Source: Welwitschia mirabilis (taxonomy: Eukaryota). Taken from it: a stretch of 22,254 nucleotides of DNA. The translations under genes and the position numbers were made by a program. The DNA lies in the NCBI GenBank assembly GCA_051453625.1, contig JBOZIK010000001.1, positions 8,647,711 to 8,669,964 on the forward strand. Reading direction: 5' to 3'. The notes beneath the pieces were generated by a model, which saw only the letters and a program-made list of their open reading frames with translations, was not told the DNA's origin and made no database searches. Each line of letters starts with the position of its first letter. Within the stretch, counting starts at the first letter, position 1. Of the stretch, positions 9,175 to 21,663 are shown piece after piece.

Positions 9175-12100
9175 AAGGCCATTAACCTAGGTTTATAAGT
9201 GTAAGTCGATGGGAGGTGTGGATGGTAATATTTAAGATAATAACCATTAACTTTAAATTCTTGATGAGTTGTATTATTTTCAATGAGAAACACATCATTT
9301 AATAAAACATTTTTTTTATTAGATATAGGTTTTTCCACTTAGAAACTAGTTTATCTAGAAACAAATGTAATCATGAAGTATATAATAAAACTAGCTTTTT
9401 TTTTCTAAAACATTTTTCTAATGATGTTTTAATCATGTAATTTCTTTATCTTTTCTTTGTTGATCTTTATATTCTCATAAGCATATTTTCTAATTTCATC
9501 TAATGCATTAAGTGAGTAGCCTATTTCTTCGTTGCTATCTCAAAATCTAAATTCATGTGTTTGATTTCTTAATATACCTTATATTCAACTTATATAAGTA
9601 TATGATAAGATTTTCCATAGATTAATCTAAATGAAGACATTCTTAATAGTGTTTTATAAGTTGTTTGATAGGCCTACAAAACATCATTAAGCTTATAGGA
9701 TGAATCCTTCTTAGTTGATTTTACTACTCTTTGCATAAGATTATTTATTTCTCTACCAATGATCATAACTTCACTACTAGTTTGAGGATGATAAGAAGTT
9801 ACAACTTTATGAGTAACCATAAACTTAGCAACAATATTATTAAATATTATATTATAAAATTAATTTTCACTATGACTAATTAAAGCTTGAGGATAACCAA
9901 ATCTCATTAAAATATTTTTCTTAAAGTACTTTACTATAGTTTTTGTATCATTAGATCAATAAATGCATGCTTCTACCTACTTAGTGATGTAATCGATATA
10001 AATAAGAATTTATTAGTATACATTTAAGAAAGAACATAGGTCTTGGAAATAAATACCCAAATATGGAAAGATTAAACAACAAGAATATAACTCAAAGGCA
10101 TCATATGTTTCCATGAAAGGCTAATGCATTTATGGCAAATTTTACATGTGTTGCTATAGAGATAGGAATATTTAAAAATGGATGATTAATAAAAAATAAA
10201 GTAAAGGATTTTCATGGTGCTTTTGTTAGTAAAATAATGATCATCACAATCCTTATAATAATAATGCTTTAGAATGTCATTAATTTTAAATGAAGAAATA
10301 CATTTATGAATGACTTGATCTTAGTAATATTTAAATTGATAAGGAGCATCTAAAAAAAAGTATTTATCCTAACTTAAGAATTTCTTTCTATTGTTAAATA
10401 TCTAATAAGAGGTAATAACCTTGAAGATTAAGTAATTTCTAATATGAGCAAACTAAGATATTTTTAAAATGTAGGGAAGATTTTGAGCTAGAAAAGTATC
10501 ATTGATGGAAATATATGTTTGCAAGTTTTCCTAAGTTAATCATGAAAGATAGTTTACAATAATATTATTAAATTCATTTTTATCCTTAATTTATAAATAA
10601 AATTCTTACAAAAGTAGGAGTCATCTAATTAATCTATGATTGGAGTCCTTTTTAGAAAGTAGATATCTAAGGATTGGGTGGTTTGTAAATCAAGAAGATA
10701 TTACTTAAATTTTTCTAAGGCAAAGACTATGAGGAGAAGCTCTTTGTTAGTGATAGTGTAGTTTAGTTAAGTATCACTTAAGGTTTTACATCACACATAA
10801 TTTTAAAGGGTAACTTCCAATCAGGTAATTAAATAATAGAAGTGAAGGTAAGTTTTCCTTTAAGATCATCAAAATATTACTCACACTCATGAGTCTAGTT
10901 AAAAGAGGCATCTTTACTTAGAGGATTATAAAATGGTTTGGAAATTTTAATAAGGTCTTTAATAAATCTTCTATAATAACTTGTGTATTTTAAAAATGAT
11001 CTAATATCTTTTTGTTTTTATGGAGTAGGCAAGTGCATGATTAGTAAACTTTCACAGGTCTAGTTGAATTCCTTTAGAGGGAATAACATGTCTTAAAGCT
11101 ATTCCTTTATTGACCATGAAATGATGATTTATCCAATTTAATACAATGCATTTTTTTAATGCATCAAGTAAGGACACATTCTAAGTAATACAGATTATGA
11201 TCAAAAGAGGCTTCATAGGTAGAAAAATTATTTATAATAGTTTTAGTGCATAAGTCTAATAAATCAAAGAAAATTCCAAGCAGACATTTTTAAAATGCAA
11301 TTAGGACATTACAAAAACTAAAAAACATTTGTTTGTAGGAAAAACTTTCATATGGATAAGTAAAAGTGGTTTCATCTTGATCCTCAAAAGAAATTTGTAT
11401 TTAATTGTACTTTAAATACCCATCTAGAAACTAGTAAAAAGGATGTCTAATAAGTTGTTCTAAGATTTGGTCAAATAATGGAAGAAGGGAATGATATCTT
11501 GGTGAAATGACATTGAGCTTTCTATAATCTATGAACATTCTTCATTTAACTACTAGTATAGTAGGAATAGTTAATTATATTCATTTTGTACTAGGGTAAT
11601 TTTAGAATTCTTTACTACTATTTAGATTGAACTTTTCTATTTACTATCTGAGATTAAATTAATAATTTCATTATCTAAAAGCTTAATTACTTCATTTTTT
11701 TCCTACCTCTTTCAATGTTCGATTGATTTTTTACTAAGATTTGATCAATGGCTTAGCATTTTCTTCTAAGTAAGTGTCATATACGTAAATGCTAAGGTCA
11801 ATGTCTCTAATGTCAAAGAGGGTTCATTTAATTTCTTGTTTATGTTTCCTCAAAATGTTTAGCAATTTATTTTCTTAGGATAAAGATAATAAAGAACTAA
11901 TAACTATTACAAAAATAGATTTATCTCCTAAGAAAGCATACTTAAGATTATTAGGAAGGGTTTTAAGCTCAATGGATTCTTTATTCTGAGTGATGATATA
12001 AAATTCTTACTCTTGAGGAAGATCTAAGATATGGTTCTTATGAAAGTGAGAGGAAGATTCTTGGTCTTCATGAAGGCTCTCTATTTTATCTACATGTCCT

Positions 12101-12700
12101 ATTATATCATCATTAAAAGTTAATTTTAGCATTAAAAACAATCAATTATATTATCATATTACTAAAGGATATTTTCATTACACTATTTCTATAGTTAATC
12201 AAGGAATTTAAGGTTTCTAGGAAAGGACTTTTCCAAGATGATAGTACTAACTGATTTATTGTGTACTCTATATTTAAAACCTAAAATCCAATGGAAATTA
12301 ATAGCTATCTACCATAACCATGACATATTCAATAACGCATAATGAAATTTTCATAGAATTATTAGTGAGTTAAAGTTGGATCTTGGGGTTTTTAAGTCAT
12401 TCAAAGCCTAATTTTTATAAGTACTATAGGAAAGCAAGTTTACACTAGCTTCTAAGTCTAATAATTCTTAGTTAAGTTACTTGTTTTCTATTTTAATGAC
12501 AATCATAGGTAGTCAATATCTTTATATTTAGGTGGAAATTGGTTTTGAAAAATCACACTAGTTTGTTATGCTAAAAAGGCTTTACCTTCTATGTTTGTAT
12601 GCATTTTTACCACATACATATCCTTGAGGAACTTTACCTATGAAGGAACTTACTTAATTTCTTCTAGGAGGGGCATATTTATCTTAACTTCTTTAAAGAT
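9175..12700 (-). pseudogene. pol: Element B pol remnant (PR, RT, RNase H, integrase)
   Basis: LLDLEASVNLLSYS (~12425-12467) is the protease. KTIINNFSTY (IINN at 11227-11238) is a decayed FMDDF. PDWKLPFKIMCDV and NYTITNKELLLIVFALEKF are RNase H. KKDSSYKLNDVL*AYQTTYKTLLRMSSFRLIYGKSYHI (~9600-9715) and EFKVNGYYLKYYHP (~9220-9260) are Athila-type integrase. Confidence 0.93.
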
Positions 12701-14702
12701 CTTGAAAGATTCTAATTGTTTTTTCATGATGTTGTCCTTTCTAAGCTATTAGGAAAAAGGTAAATGTTCTTTATAGATGGGTGAAGAATCCTCTATTATT
12801 TCATTATTATCTTTGTCTTCCATGGAAATTGTTTATTCATTAATTATGTTTTTCTTGCATTTACTTTTCAACTATTTTTCATTTCTAAGATGAATGTCTT
12901 TAGATTCTTATATTTCTGTGGTTTCTAAACCTTCTATGAATTTAGCTCCTTTAGGTCTTGACTATGAACTCATGGGGATCTTTCTAGGTTATTTTGATTT
13001 AGAGAAGAGAGAATTTATTAAAGTAATGGAATTTGATTTTGCATAGTTTTTTCAATATTTCTTAAGAATAAGGAGTGTCACTTAATAATTCTTTCATGTT
13101 TATGATTAATTTGGGTTTGATCGCAATTAACCTAGGCTTGGTTACTAGGTAGATGAAGAGGCATTTTGGTGATTTAATGGAAAGGGATAGAAGGATGATG
13201 AAGGAAATTTCTTTATTAGTTATTGTAATTTTGATTAGATGAATTATCTTATTTCCAAGAAAAATTAGAGTGGTTTCTTTACCTAGGATTATAGGTGTTG
13301 GAACAAGGATCACTTTCTTTTATTTTTCTTCTAGTGTCTTACTATGTTAACATGTTTGTTTATTATGTTTTAAAATACAATGATGAAGGGATACTTAGTT
13401 TTTTCATGTAAGACTATGTGGTAAATTAGAAATTTAGGTCTAATAATAAAAGGTCCAAATGAGATGAAAACTTATTCTAGTCTTTTTATTAGCTTATATA
13501 TCATCTTAGTAACCTTAAAATTATTAATTACATTGAACACACTTATGGACCTAATAGACTGAAGAAATCTAGATGGTTTAATTGATGTTTTCAATTCCTA
13601 TAGCTTTTTACTATAGTTTTAATGTAATTCCATACTTCATCTAATAGAATACTAAGAAAAATAGTCCTACACAACATCTTGACTAACTTCCTATTATTTG
13701 TTAATAACACATTACAAAAAAAAGCTAATTTTCCTTTCTAGATCAAATCCATGTTGTGGGAATTTTTGAAGCAAATACTGAAATCTAAGGATTGATACTG
13801 CTTGATTATTTTTTTACTGATAATTCATTATATCTAACCTTAAAGCATTCATCTTATAATTTGGCAAAATTTTAAAAATGAAGGCTTTGTTTAAATGGAT
13901 ATAGATTTTAATGGATAAGGATTCAAGGATGTAAATCCACAATTTAGCATTTTTCCTTAGGAATAATAAAAATATATTGAGCCTATGGGTGTCATAGGTA
14001 TTGAGGTATTGAGGTATGGTAATTAGTACACACTTGAATTCATTAGAATATAGGTAGGGTTCCTCCGGTTCTAGGCTATAAAAGTGGAAAAGTAATTATA
14101 TGATGGACAACTTAAATTCTAACCTTTATGCTATCAACAATTGTATTACGTAATAAGATGTTCTTAAGAATTGGGATTATAGGTAGTCATAAAGGATTTT
14201 CTTAAGGGGATTATTGTTTTACTAATTTTGTAGTTTATTGTACTCAATGTTTTGAGTTATTTTCTAACTAAGATAATATGTCTATAGTTTATTTAATAGT
14301 TTTTGATTTGATCAGGATATATTATTGTTAAAAAAGTGTTAAAAACTAGATTGAGAATTTGATTTTTATTAAGAGGCAAAAGCATATTCTTATTGGACAT
14401 CATCATAAGTTTGGTTTTTAAATGGAATTATTTATTATTTATTACCCTTAATGTTAAGATTCATGTTGTTTTTGAAAGAATTTTTAATTAATCTATTTGA
14501 TTCATTATGAATCAAAGGCATATAAGTTTCAAACTTAGTTTAGAGAATTTTTAGATAGGACTAAAATGATATAAGTTTTATAAAGTTTACTAGAGGTCTC
14601 AAGAAAAATCTAGAAGAGTTTTACATAGAAGAGCTAGTGATATTGGTGAGGAAAAGTAGTGGTGCTAGTCAAATTAGAAGGTATGGATCAAGAAAAATCA
14701 TA
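12701..14702 (-). pseudogene. gag: Element B gag remnant
   Basis: KILYDYL*SQFLRTSYYVI (~14145-14200), FYSLEPEEPYLYSNEFKCV (~14027-14085), AKLWIYILESLSIKIYIHLNKAF (~13880-13950), and a decayed zinc knuckle FLIYHIVLHEKTKY at 13391-13432. Both boundaries are approximate. Confidence 0.82.
13996..14019. repeat. 8-bp tandem triplication within B gag
   Basis: aggtattg aggtattg aggtatgg. Confidence 0.8.
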
Positions 14703-14724
14703 AATGATCATACAATTCATCAAA

Positions 14725-14762
14725 TAATTAGAGTAACAAGGTTTAATTAGAGTAATAAGTTT
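14725..14762. repeat. 19-bp tandem duplication in the B leader
   Basis: taattagagtaacaaggtt / taattagagtaataagttt (2 mismatches). Confidence 0.8.
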
Positions 14763-15270
14763 ATAAAAAAATATAATAAAGACTAAAATGATAACATACT
14801 TGAAATAGATCCTAAGAATAATAAAATCTAATATTTTTTAGATAATTTTAATAGAAAACTATAAAACAAAAATAGAAACTTTGACTACTAAAATAAAATT
14901 TTCAAAAAGGAAAAGTACAAAAGAAATGAGTTCCATATTTATTTTTTTGCTTTATTTTTAGTTGCAACCTATAAAAACTTTGTTATACCTATAATACAAA
15001 ATATTTGATATCAAAATATAGTTTAGGTTGGAGTAGAAAAGCAAAAGAAAACTCTAAATTAGACTAGTTTAAGCATCACTAAAAATGAAGTAATACCACC
15101 ACTAGAAAGAAAAGAGAGGTGAAAGCCACACAAAATAATAATAAAAAGGACTAATTTGAGTTTTACTAAATAGGACCAATACTAATTACTAGAAAAATGT
15201 AAAATAGAACTAAACTAAAATCTTGCAAGAAAGCAAAACTATGTTTTCTTAAGAAGATACTATGCCATTA

Positions 15271-15291
15271 TCCCTACTAATGACACTAAAA
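15271..15291 (-). other. Primer-binding site of element B (heavily decayed)
   Basis: Minus strand ttttagtgtcattagtaggga, 2 nt from the LTR end. It differs from ttttggcgccgttgccgggga mostly by C>T/G>A changes. Confidence 0.75.
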
Positions 15292-15293
15292 TC

Positions 15294-16651
15294 TCTTCAT
15301 GGTTTACTATAGTTAAATTGAGATAATCTAGGTGGATGTTTAGTATCATTCTTCTATAGGAATAATTATGGTGACTTAATAAAAATTACACAGAATTTTT
15401 CTTATCTTGTACATACAATCAAATAAAGGAAAAAATAGAAACTCTAAGAACGTTGTTGACACTTCAACCAAAGAGGTAGAAAAATAAATGATCTCCAAGG
15501 CTTAGGCTAATTTATCTTCCAGTAATATTTTAATCCAATGATATCTTATGAATTCCTAAAATATACTTAAATAATTAAGTTATTATGATTGAGATTCTGA
15601 TGACATAATCTCATTTACCATATGAGGATCAGTGAATTTACTAGTTACTTTGTTTTTCATAAACCTTTAATAATAATGGAAAATAAGAGCTTATAATACT
15701 AAAAATCCATTAAATAAAAGTGACTTAAACTAATTAACTTGTGGAATGTACTCAGTTAGCAATATAACTTAATAATATAATTTTATCATAAGAATTACAA
15801 GTATAAAGTTATTTGCAGATTGAAACAAAAACTAAATAACTACTTTTATTAAATCAAAAAATACACATTACATCAATGGAAGAAGGAAGCTAGTATGGAC
15901 TCCTTAAACTAGTCTTAAAAAAAATTTGCTCCTAAAGAAAGTGCTTAGAAGGCCATGTCAACTTTGACACTCTAAGGTATTTTATGACTTTTCAAATAAA
16001 GGATATTACAAATGAGGGATCAAGGTTTTTTTTATAGGTAAGCATGAGGTTAGAGGTGGTTGAAAACATTTTGGCTTTTATCAATAGCTAGGTTATTATA
16101 AAGTTTATCATGTTGCATTAGGTAAGGTTGTTATCTTCTTTTATTAAATGAGGGTTGTTATGATGAATCTAACACATGGATTTTGAATGATAGTGCTTCT
16201 ACTAACTAATGACATTATCATGTGCTCTCCATTTCATATCACTTAAGATCACTACAGGTCATTGTTACATATCATCCTCATCACTACACATGTCATTAAA
16301 TGTCCTAGTTATTTCTAATATAAAACATGGTTAATTCCATTATTCCATTTAGCTAATTTTTTCATGATAAGTATAAATCCTAAGAATTAAAATGTTATAA
16401 CTAGAAGGATTAGCAATGCTAGTGTATTAGGAGGCTGCACTAACCTTTTAAGTTAATTGATTTTCATCTTTTAGCATCTCCTTTAGATGCAATAGTAGCT
16501 TGAAAAAATCATGGAAATATGACAAGTTTACAAATAATATTAAAAAGAGGTAGAAGACATAATTTCATGATAAAACATTTATTATGATATCTTCTATTAA
16601 GCTAAATTGATTAGATAATGTGGTTCGAATGTCAAATTTTTCATGTTAATA
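15294..16651 (-). repeat. 5' LTR of element B
   Basis: Direct repeat of 6324-7700 over its whole length (shared blocks such as aaaaatacacattacatcaatg and aaaggatattacaaatgagg). Decayed termini tcttcat.../...gttaata. Confidence 0.93.
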
Positions 16652-17244
16652 GGTTTTCTAAATGAAAAGGCTTAAGATGATGATTGTACAAGTGGTAGTA
16701 CTTGAGTGGTTTTAGGCAAGATAGACCATCAAGAAAACATGTTTTTAATGCTTTTAATTTTTTTCAATCTAAATCTAATCTAAAAGGTAAATCTAATTTA
16801 AAATCATGTAATAAAGCTAAAAATTTTAAGCAAAAGGATTTTCTAATGTATGTCATATATGAAGATTCAAGATGGTAATTAATGCAAAGATCGGATGATG
16901 AATTGTAATTATGCAAACCATTTTGAACTAGGAGATAATCTATATATATTTTTATGCATGAGTCCATAAAATTAGGAGGAAGATAAATGCAAGTATTAAA
17001 ATTATGCATTCAAAGTTAGAAAGAGTCCATCCTTTTACTTATTTATGCTTACTGAACATCTTGTATAATACATTATTATAAGATGAATACAAAAGTGAGT
17101 TACAGAGCATTAAAGAAGGTGAATGTTTATTAAGATTCCATAACTAAAGAAGGTTTATCTTCTTTATTGATATTTGGATCTTATTTAATATATAAAGATG
17201 AAAATGAAATGATTTGACTTAAGAACTTATTAAGAAAAAGATTC
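16652..17244 (-). mobile_element. Element C, right fragment (continues in frame into 6318-6170 once B is removed)
   Basis: Flanks B with the TSD. The frame of ORF 16764..17009 continues past one TGA to the insertion site and resumes in frame at 6318. The fragment ends at the N gap. Confidence 0.75.
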
Positions 17245-17344
17245 NNNNNNNNNNNNNNNNNNNNNNNNNNNNNNNNNNNNNNNNNNNNNNNNNNNNNNNN
17301 NNNNNNNNNNNNNNNNNNNNNNNNNNNNNNNNNNNNNNNNNNNN
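17245..17344. other. Assembly gap (100 N, probably a placeholder of unknown size) hiding the C/D junction
   Basis: Run of exactly 100 N. Confidence 0.99.
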
Positions 17345-18323
17345 TCTTCCTCTTCTTCTTATGCTAAATTACTAGCTTCTTTAACAGTGTCTGCGACCTT
17401 ATACCTTACTACAATCAGAGCCTTTTTCATGTACCTAACTCAAGAATCCAACCTCTTCAAGTATGAAAGAATCTCTTTAGGAGAGGCTCACTTAGAAGAT
17501 GAATACTTGCAAGATTTCTTAGATCTAGCAAAAATGTTCATGTGGGATAAAGTTGCATACCAAATGGTAGACATAAGAATTAAATTTTCTAATTTTGGAT
17601 GCAAATGAACTCTAAAATAGCAAAAAATATTAGAATCAAAACTAAATAAGGAAGAGGCCTAGTCTTGTGATACTCTAACTATGAGATCATGTTTTTTAGC
17701 ATAATGGTAGGAGCATTAATAGAATGCCCAGTTCCCACTAGATATAACAAATAATCTCTATATTTGAAGGCCCTATCATGATAACCCACGAAAATAAGAA
17801 ATTATAAGTGAAAACTAAATGCAAATACTAGTACTTTGGGGTAAGTTATGAGGTGAATAGTGTGGTTTTCCAATGATGAAATTTACCACAGAGCTTTCAT
17901 GTAACCTCTTTCTTATCCTTTATGGAATCACATAATGGCCAAAACTTCTCATAATCTCCTCTAAGAAGATTTGTAAGGGAGGTAATAAGATTTATAATAA
18001 TCCTAATATTTCTTCCCAAAATAAAGGTTGTTAGAATAAAAGAGTCATCATCAAAAAAGGAATTGTAATACAACATGTGAGTGAGGAAAAGGTAGGCTAA
18101 CATTAAGACATCAAGAAAAAAAGATAAATCATGCTCATTTAAGATTCTTACCACATCTTTGAGTTGAAGCAATAAGCCTTTTCTGGTAGATAGGATTCTT
18201 TTCAAACTTCTTTGAAAACCTATCTAAGACTTCATTGGATATTCTAGAGTAAAAATGCCCTCGATCTTTGCTTACTAGCCCTTTTTGACATCTTCTTGAG
18301 GGATCTTCTGCCATTGAAAGCAT
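17345..18323 (-). pseudogene. Sirevirus env-like / putative plant transposon protein ORF, frameshifted
   Basis: ORFs 18135..18323 and 17897..18205 join by a frameshift and continue as LFTS*LTPKY*YLHLVFTYNFL / GYHDRAFKYRDYLLYLVGTGHSINAPTIMLKNM...RPLPYLVLILIFF. This shows the FYxN, TxVxGxxI, DxxLLYxxxxGxxINxP and LPY motifs I recall for this family. The 3' end is uncertain. Confidence 0.75.
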
Positions 18324-18604
18324 GTGGTAATTCCTAAATATAATAAAACTTGAGAGAGATAGCTATATCTAAAGGAAATAGATGGACAGGAATGAATGAA
18401 AAATGTTAGGACTCCATAAGATTTTATAAAGAAGGGTGATTAAGTCAGATTTAAAAAAATATCAAGTCCATCACCTTAACTTCCACACTATAATCCTAAA
18501 GGTCTAGTTGATTAATTTATAATCCAATCAACCCAATGAGACTTACGTTATAACATTTTTATATCCAGTTAACCAAATGCAAGATACGATTGACCATCCT
18601 ACTT

Positions 18605-21455
18605 TTAGTTAGAGGATAGAGAGACAACTCCTAGTTCACTATAAAGCCTTAGAATGTTACCAAATTTAGGGATTTTTTAAAAATATCAATAATTTATCTA
18701 TCAGTAGTAACAAAATTCATTGAAATGTTACTTTTTCTACTAGATCTCTAAGGAAATGATGTCTTAATTTAATATATTTAGTTCTAGAATGTTAAATAGG
18801 TTCTTTGATATATTGATTGCACTTGTATTGGTACAAAAGATTAAAACCTATTAAAAATCTACTTCAAAGTTTTTTATTTCCTTCATCCAAAAAAATGGAT
18901 ACAACAATTTCCTACTACTATATACTCTACTTCTACTATTGAATGGGAGATATAATTATATTTTTTACTTGTCCATTCTACTAAGCATGATTCTAAAAGA
19001 AAGAAATTATCATTTATGCTTTTCTTATTATCTTTATACCTAGCCTAATATACATCACCAAATCCTATAAGTTCAAAAGATGTTTTTATAGGATACCATA
19101 GTTTATAGTCACTCGTGTCTTTTATGTACCTTATGATTCTTTTGATAGCTTGAAGATATAACTCTTTTGATTGGGTCTGATATGGTAACACTGAATATTA
19201 TATCATGTCTACTTCTGATTAGATACAATAGACTTCCTATCACACTTCTATAAAGTTTTTGATCTACATATTTTACATGTTCATCAAGACTAACTTTATA
19301 AGAAGTTGACATAGTTGTATCAGTTGATTTTTCATTCTCTAGCCCAAATCATTTGATTAAGTCCCTTGAATATTTAGATTGGAATATGAAAATTTCATGT
19401 TTTACTTGTTTGATTTGGAGACTAAGAAATATACTAACTTCATCAAGCATACTCATCTCAAAATCTATTGTGCTAGTAAATTCTTTTTAGAGGACCCCAT
19501 TTGAGACACCAAAAATTATATCATCTATATAAATTTGAATAATAATAAAATCATTTTTTAGATTTTTGATAAATAATGTTTTATCCATAGTTTCATGAGT
19601 ATAACCATTTTAATTGAGAAATATGGCTAGTTTTTCTTACCATATCCTTGGAGCTTGTTTTAATCCATACAAGGCCTTTTTACATCTATACACATGGTTT
19701 GGTTTATATGGATATATAAACCCTAAAGAGTTTTTTACATAGATGTCTTTATTAAGTGTTCCATTTAGAAAGGCACTTTTCACATCCATTTGATAAAATT
19801 TAATGTTCTTAAAAGTTGCATAAGATAAAAACATTCTAATATTATCTAACTAGCTAAAGGAGTAAAAGTTCCACTTACATTTTTTCCTTTAATTTGGTTG
19901 TAACGTTGTGCTACTAATCTTGCCTTATTCTTAACTACATCACACTTGTTCTTAAAAATCCATTTTATTCTAAGAAAATTTTGGTCTTTTGGTCTTTCAA
20001 CAAATTTTCACACATCATTCCTTTTGAAATGTTGGAGCTCATATTGCATGGCCATCATCCACTCTTTATGAGATTCTGCCTCTTCAAACTTTTTAGGTTC
20101 AATTTGTGATACATAGCAAATGTGAGCATAAAACTTTTTTAGAGAATTCCTTATTCAAATTTTTGAGCTAACATATCCAATGATGTATTCTAAAGGGGTA
20201 TCTTTTATCTTTTTAAACTTTTTTAAAGTAACTACTTGAGTTGCCTTTTATATATTTTTGGTTAAAACTTTTTTTATTATGCGAGTGCTTGGAGTTATGT
20301 TTTCTTCACCATCCAAAGGAAGAAGTCTTATGCTAAAATAATCTATTTGTACATTTATAGATTCTTCCACTATTAGACTTCTTTTGTTGAATACTTGATA
20401 AGCTCTACTTCTAGTTGAGTATCCAAAAATATTACTTCCTTATCCTTTGACTCAAATTTAATCAAGCATTCTCTATCTTTTAAAAAAAAGAAATTACTCC
20501 CAAAGACTTTAAAATATGAAATATTTAATTTTCTTCCTTTCCAAATCTCACAGGGCATTTCATTGATTCCTAGTCTAAGGTAGACTCTCTTTATAATATA
20601 GTAAGTGATGCTTACTGCTTTACTTTAAAAATTTTTTAGCACCTCCTTATCATTTAACATTGTTCTAGCCATTTCTTGAAAGACTCAGTTCTTCCTCTTA
20701 GTAATTCCATTTTGTTGAAGATTATTTAGAAGTGAGAGTTAATGTTCTATACCATTATCTACACAATACTTTTTAAACAAATGATTTTCAAACTCTCCTC
20801 TATAATCACTTCTGATTTTCTTGATGGTGTAACCTTTCTCGTTTTGGATTTTGTTGCAAATTTCAACATAACTTTTACAAGTTTTAGCTTTGTTTTCAAG
20901 AAAAACACCCCAAGTAAATCTATAATAGTCATTAATCATTGTTAAAAAATAACATTTATCCATTAAGTCTATGTGAATAACATCAAGAGGCATTATTGTG
21001 GAAACTAGATTTTTGCTTTTGTAAGAAGTCCTAACTTGTTTTCCTTTTCGACATACATCACAAAGCCCAAGCTTTTTAATGTTAATCTTGGAAATTCCTT
21101 TCACAATTTATTTTTTAATAATTATTTTAAGATAATCATAATTTACATGTCCTAAATGTTGCTGTTATAGTCTTCTTGATTTACATGATAGAAATAACAT
21201 GCAAATAAAGACTAATACTTTAAACATTATCTATTCTATTTACCTTAAGAAGTACATCATTCATTTTTCCATGTCTAACTTTGCACTTTGTACTATCAAA
21301 AATAACTTTATACCCTTTATCAAAAATTTGAATAATACTAAATAATTTATGCTTAAGTCCATTGATATATAAAACTTCATTTATCTTAGGCATGTTACTC
21401 CATTAATGCTTTGAATTCCTTTGATATTTTCTCTTATGTTATCAGCTAAAAGATG
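18605..21455 (-). pseudogene. pol: Element D pol remnant (protease C-terminal part, GAG-pre-integrase, integrase, RT, RNase H)
   Basis: FADNIRENIKG (~21420-21450), HLGHVN...CDVCRKGKQ, IRSDYRGEFEN, YQMDVKSAFLNG...KALYGLKQAPR, YIDD at 19520-19531, YRSVIGSLLYL, RHHFLRDLV, and terminal ELGVVSLSSN* with the stop at 18605-18607. Confidence 0.95.
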
Positions 21456-21663
21456 CAATAATATTACAAATAAGAATTTATTTTTAGATAATTATCGATT
21501 AAAGCAAAGTGATGAAGATATATTATTCATCCTCACTATTATGGGAATAACAAAGAAGACGATAGTCAGAAAAGTATGATCATCCCCTGTGTTATGGTGA
21601 TGACGATCAGAATGATAATCAGAATTTTTATCACATGTTAATAATTAGTTGGTAGATGGGGTG

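Larger units (their letters stand above)
6324..16651 (-). mobile_element. Element B: full-length degenerate Ty3/gypsy (Athila-like) LTR retrotransposon, 10,328 bp
   Basis: Two direct LTRs, PBS, gag-PR-RT-RH-IN order, no chromodomain, ~1.5 kb post-pol region, PPT remnant, and flanks agttt (6319-6323) / ggttt (16652-16656) as a 4/5 TSD. Confidence 0.93.
17345..21455 (-). mobile_element. Element D: degenerate Ty1/copia retrotransposon, Sirevirus (SIRE/Maximus) type; gag and LTRs not visible
   Basis: PR-IN-RT-RH order, the signatures IQIYIDDIIFG and FEMSMLDELVYFLSLQIKQ, and an extra ORF after pol. Confidence 0.9.

Noticed and set aside
9060-9260. Chromodomain after B integrase
   Set aside because: Pol ends shortly after FKVNGYYLKYYHP with no chromodomain-like sequence, consistent with a non-chromovirus lineage.
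13062-13313. ORF 13062..13313 as a separate protein
   Set aside because: It lies within the low-complexity region after the B gag zinc knuckle and looks like an off-frame reading with no recognisable motif.
6324-16651. Fungal-type RIP as the cause of decay
   Set aside because: The elements belong to plant lineages, and in a 120-bp LTR-LTR sample I counted 8 transversions among 19 differences, which fits age plus methylation rather than RIP.
17244-17345. C and D as one chimeric gypsy-copia element
   Set aside because: The junction is a 100-N gap, so adjacency and distance are unknown.
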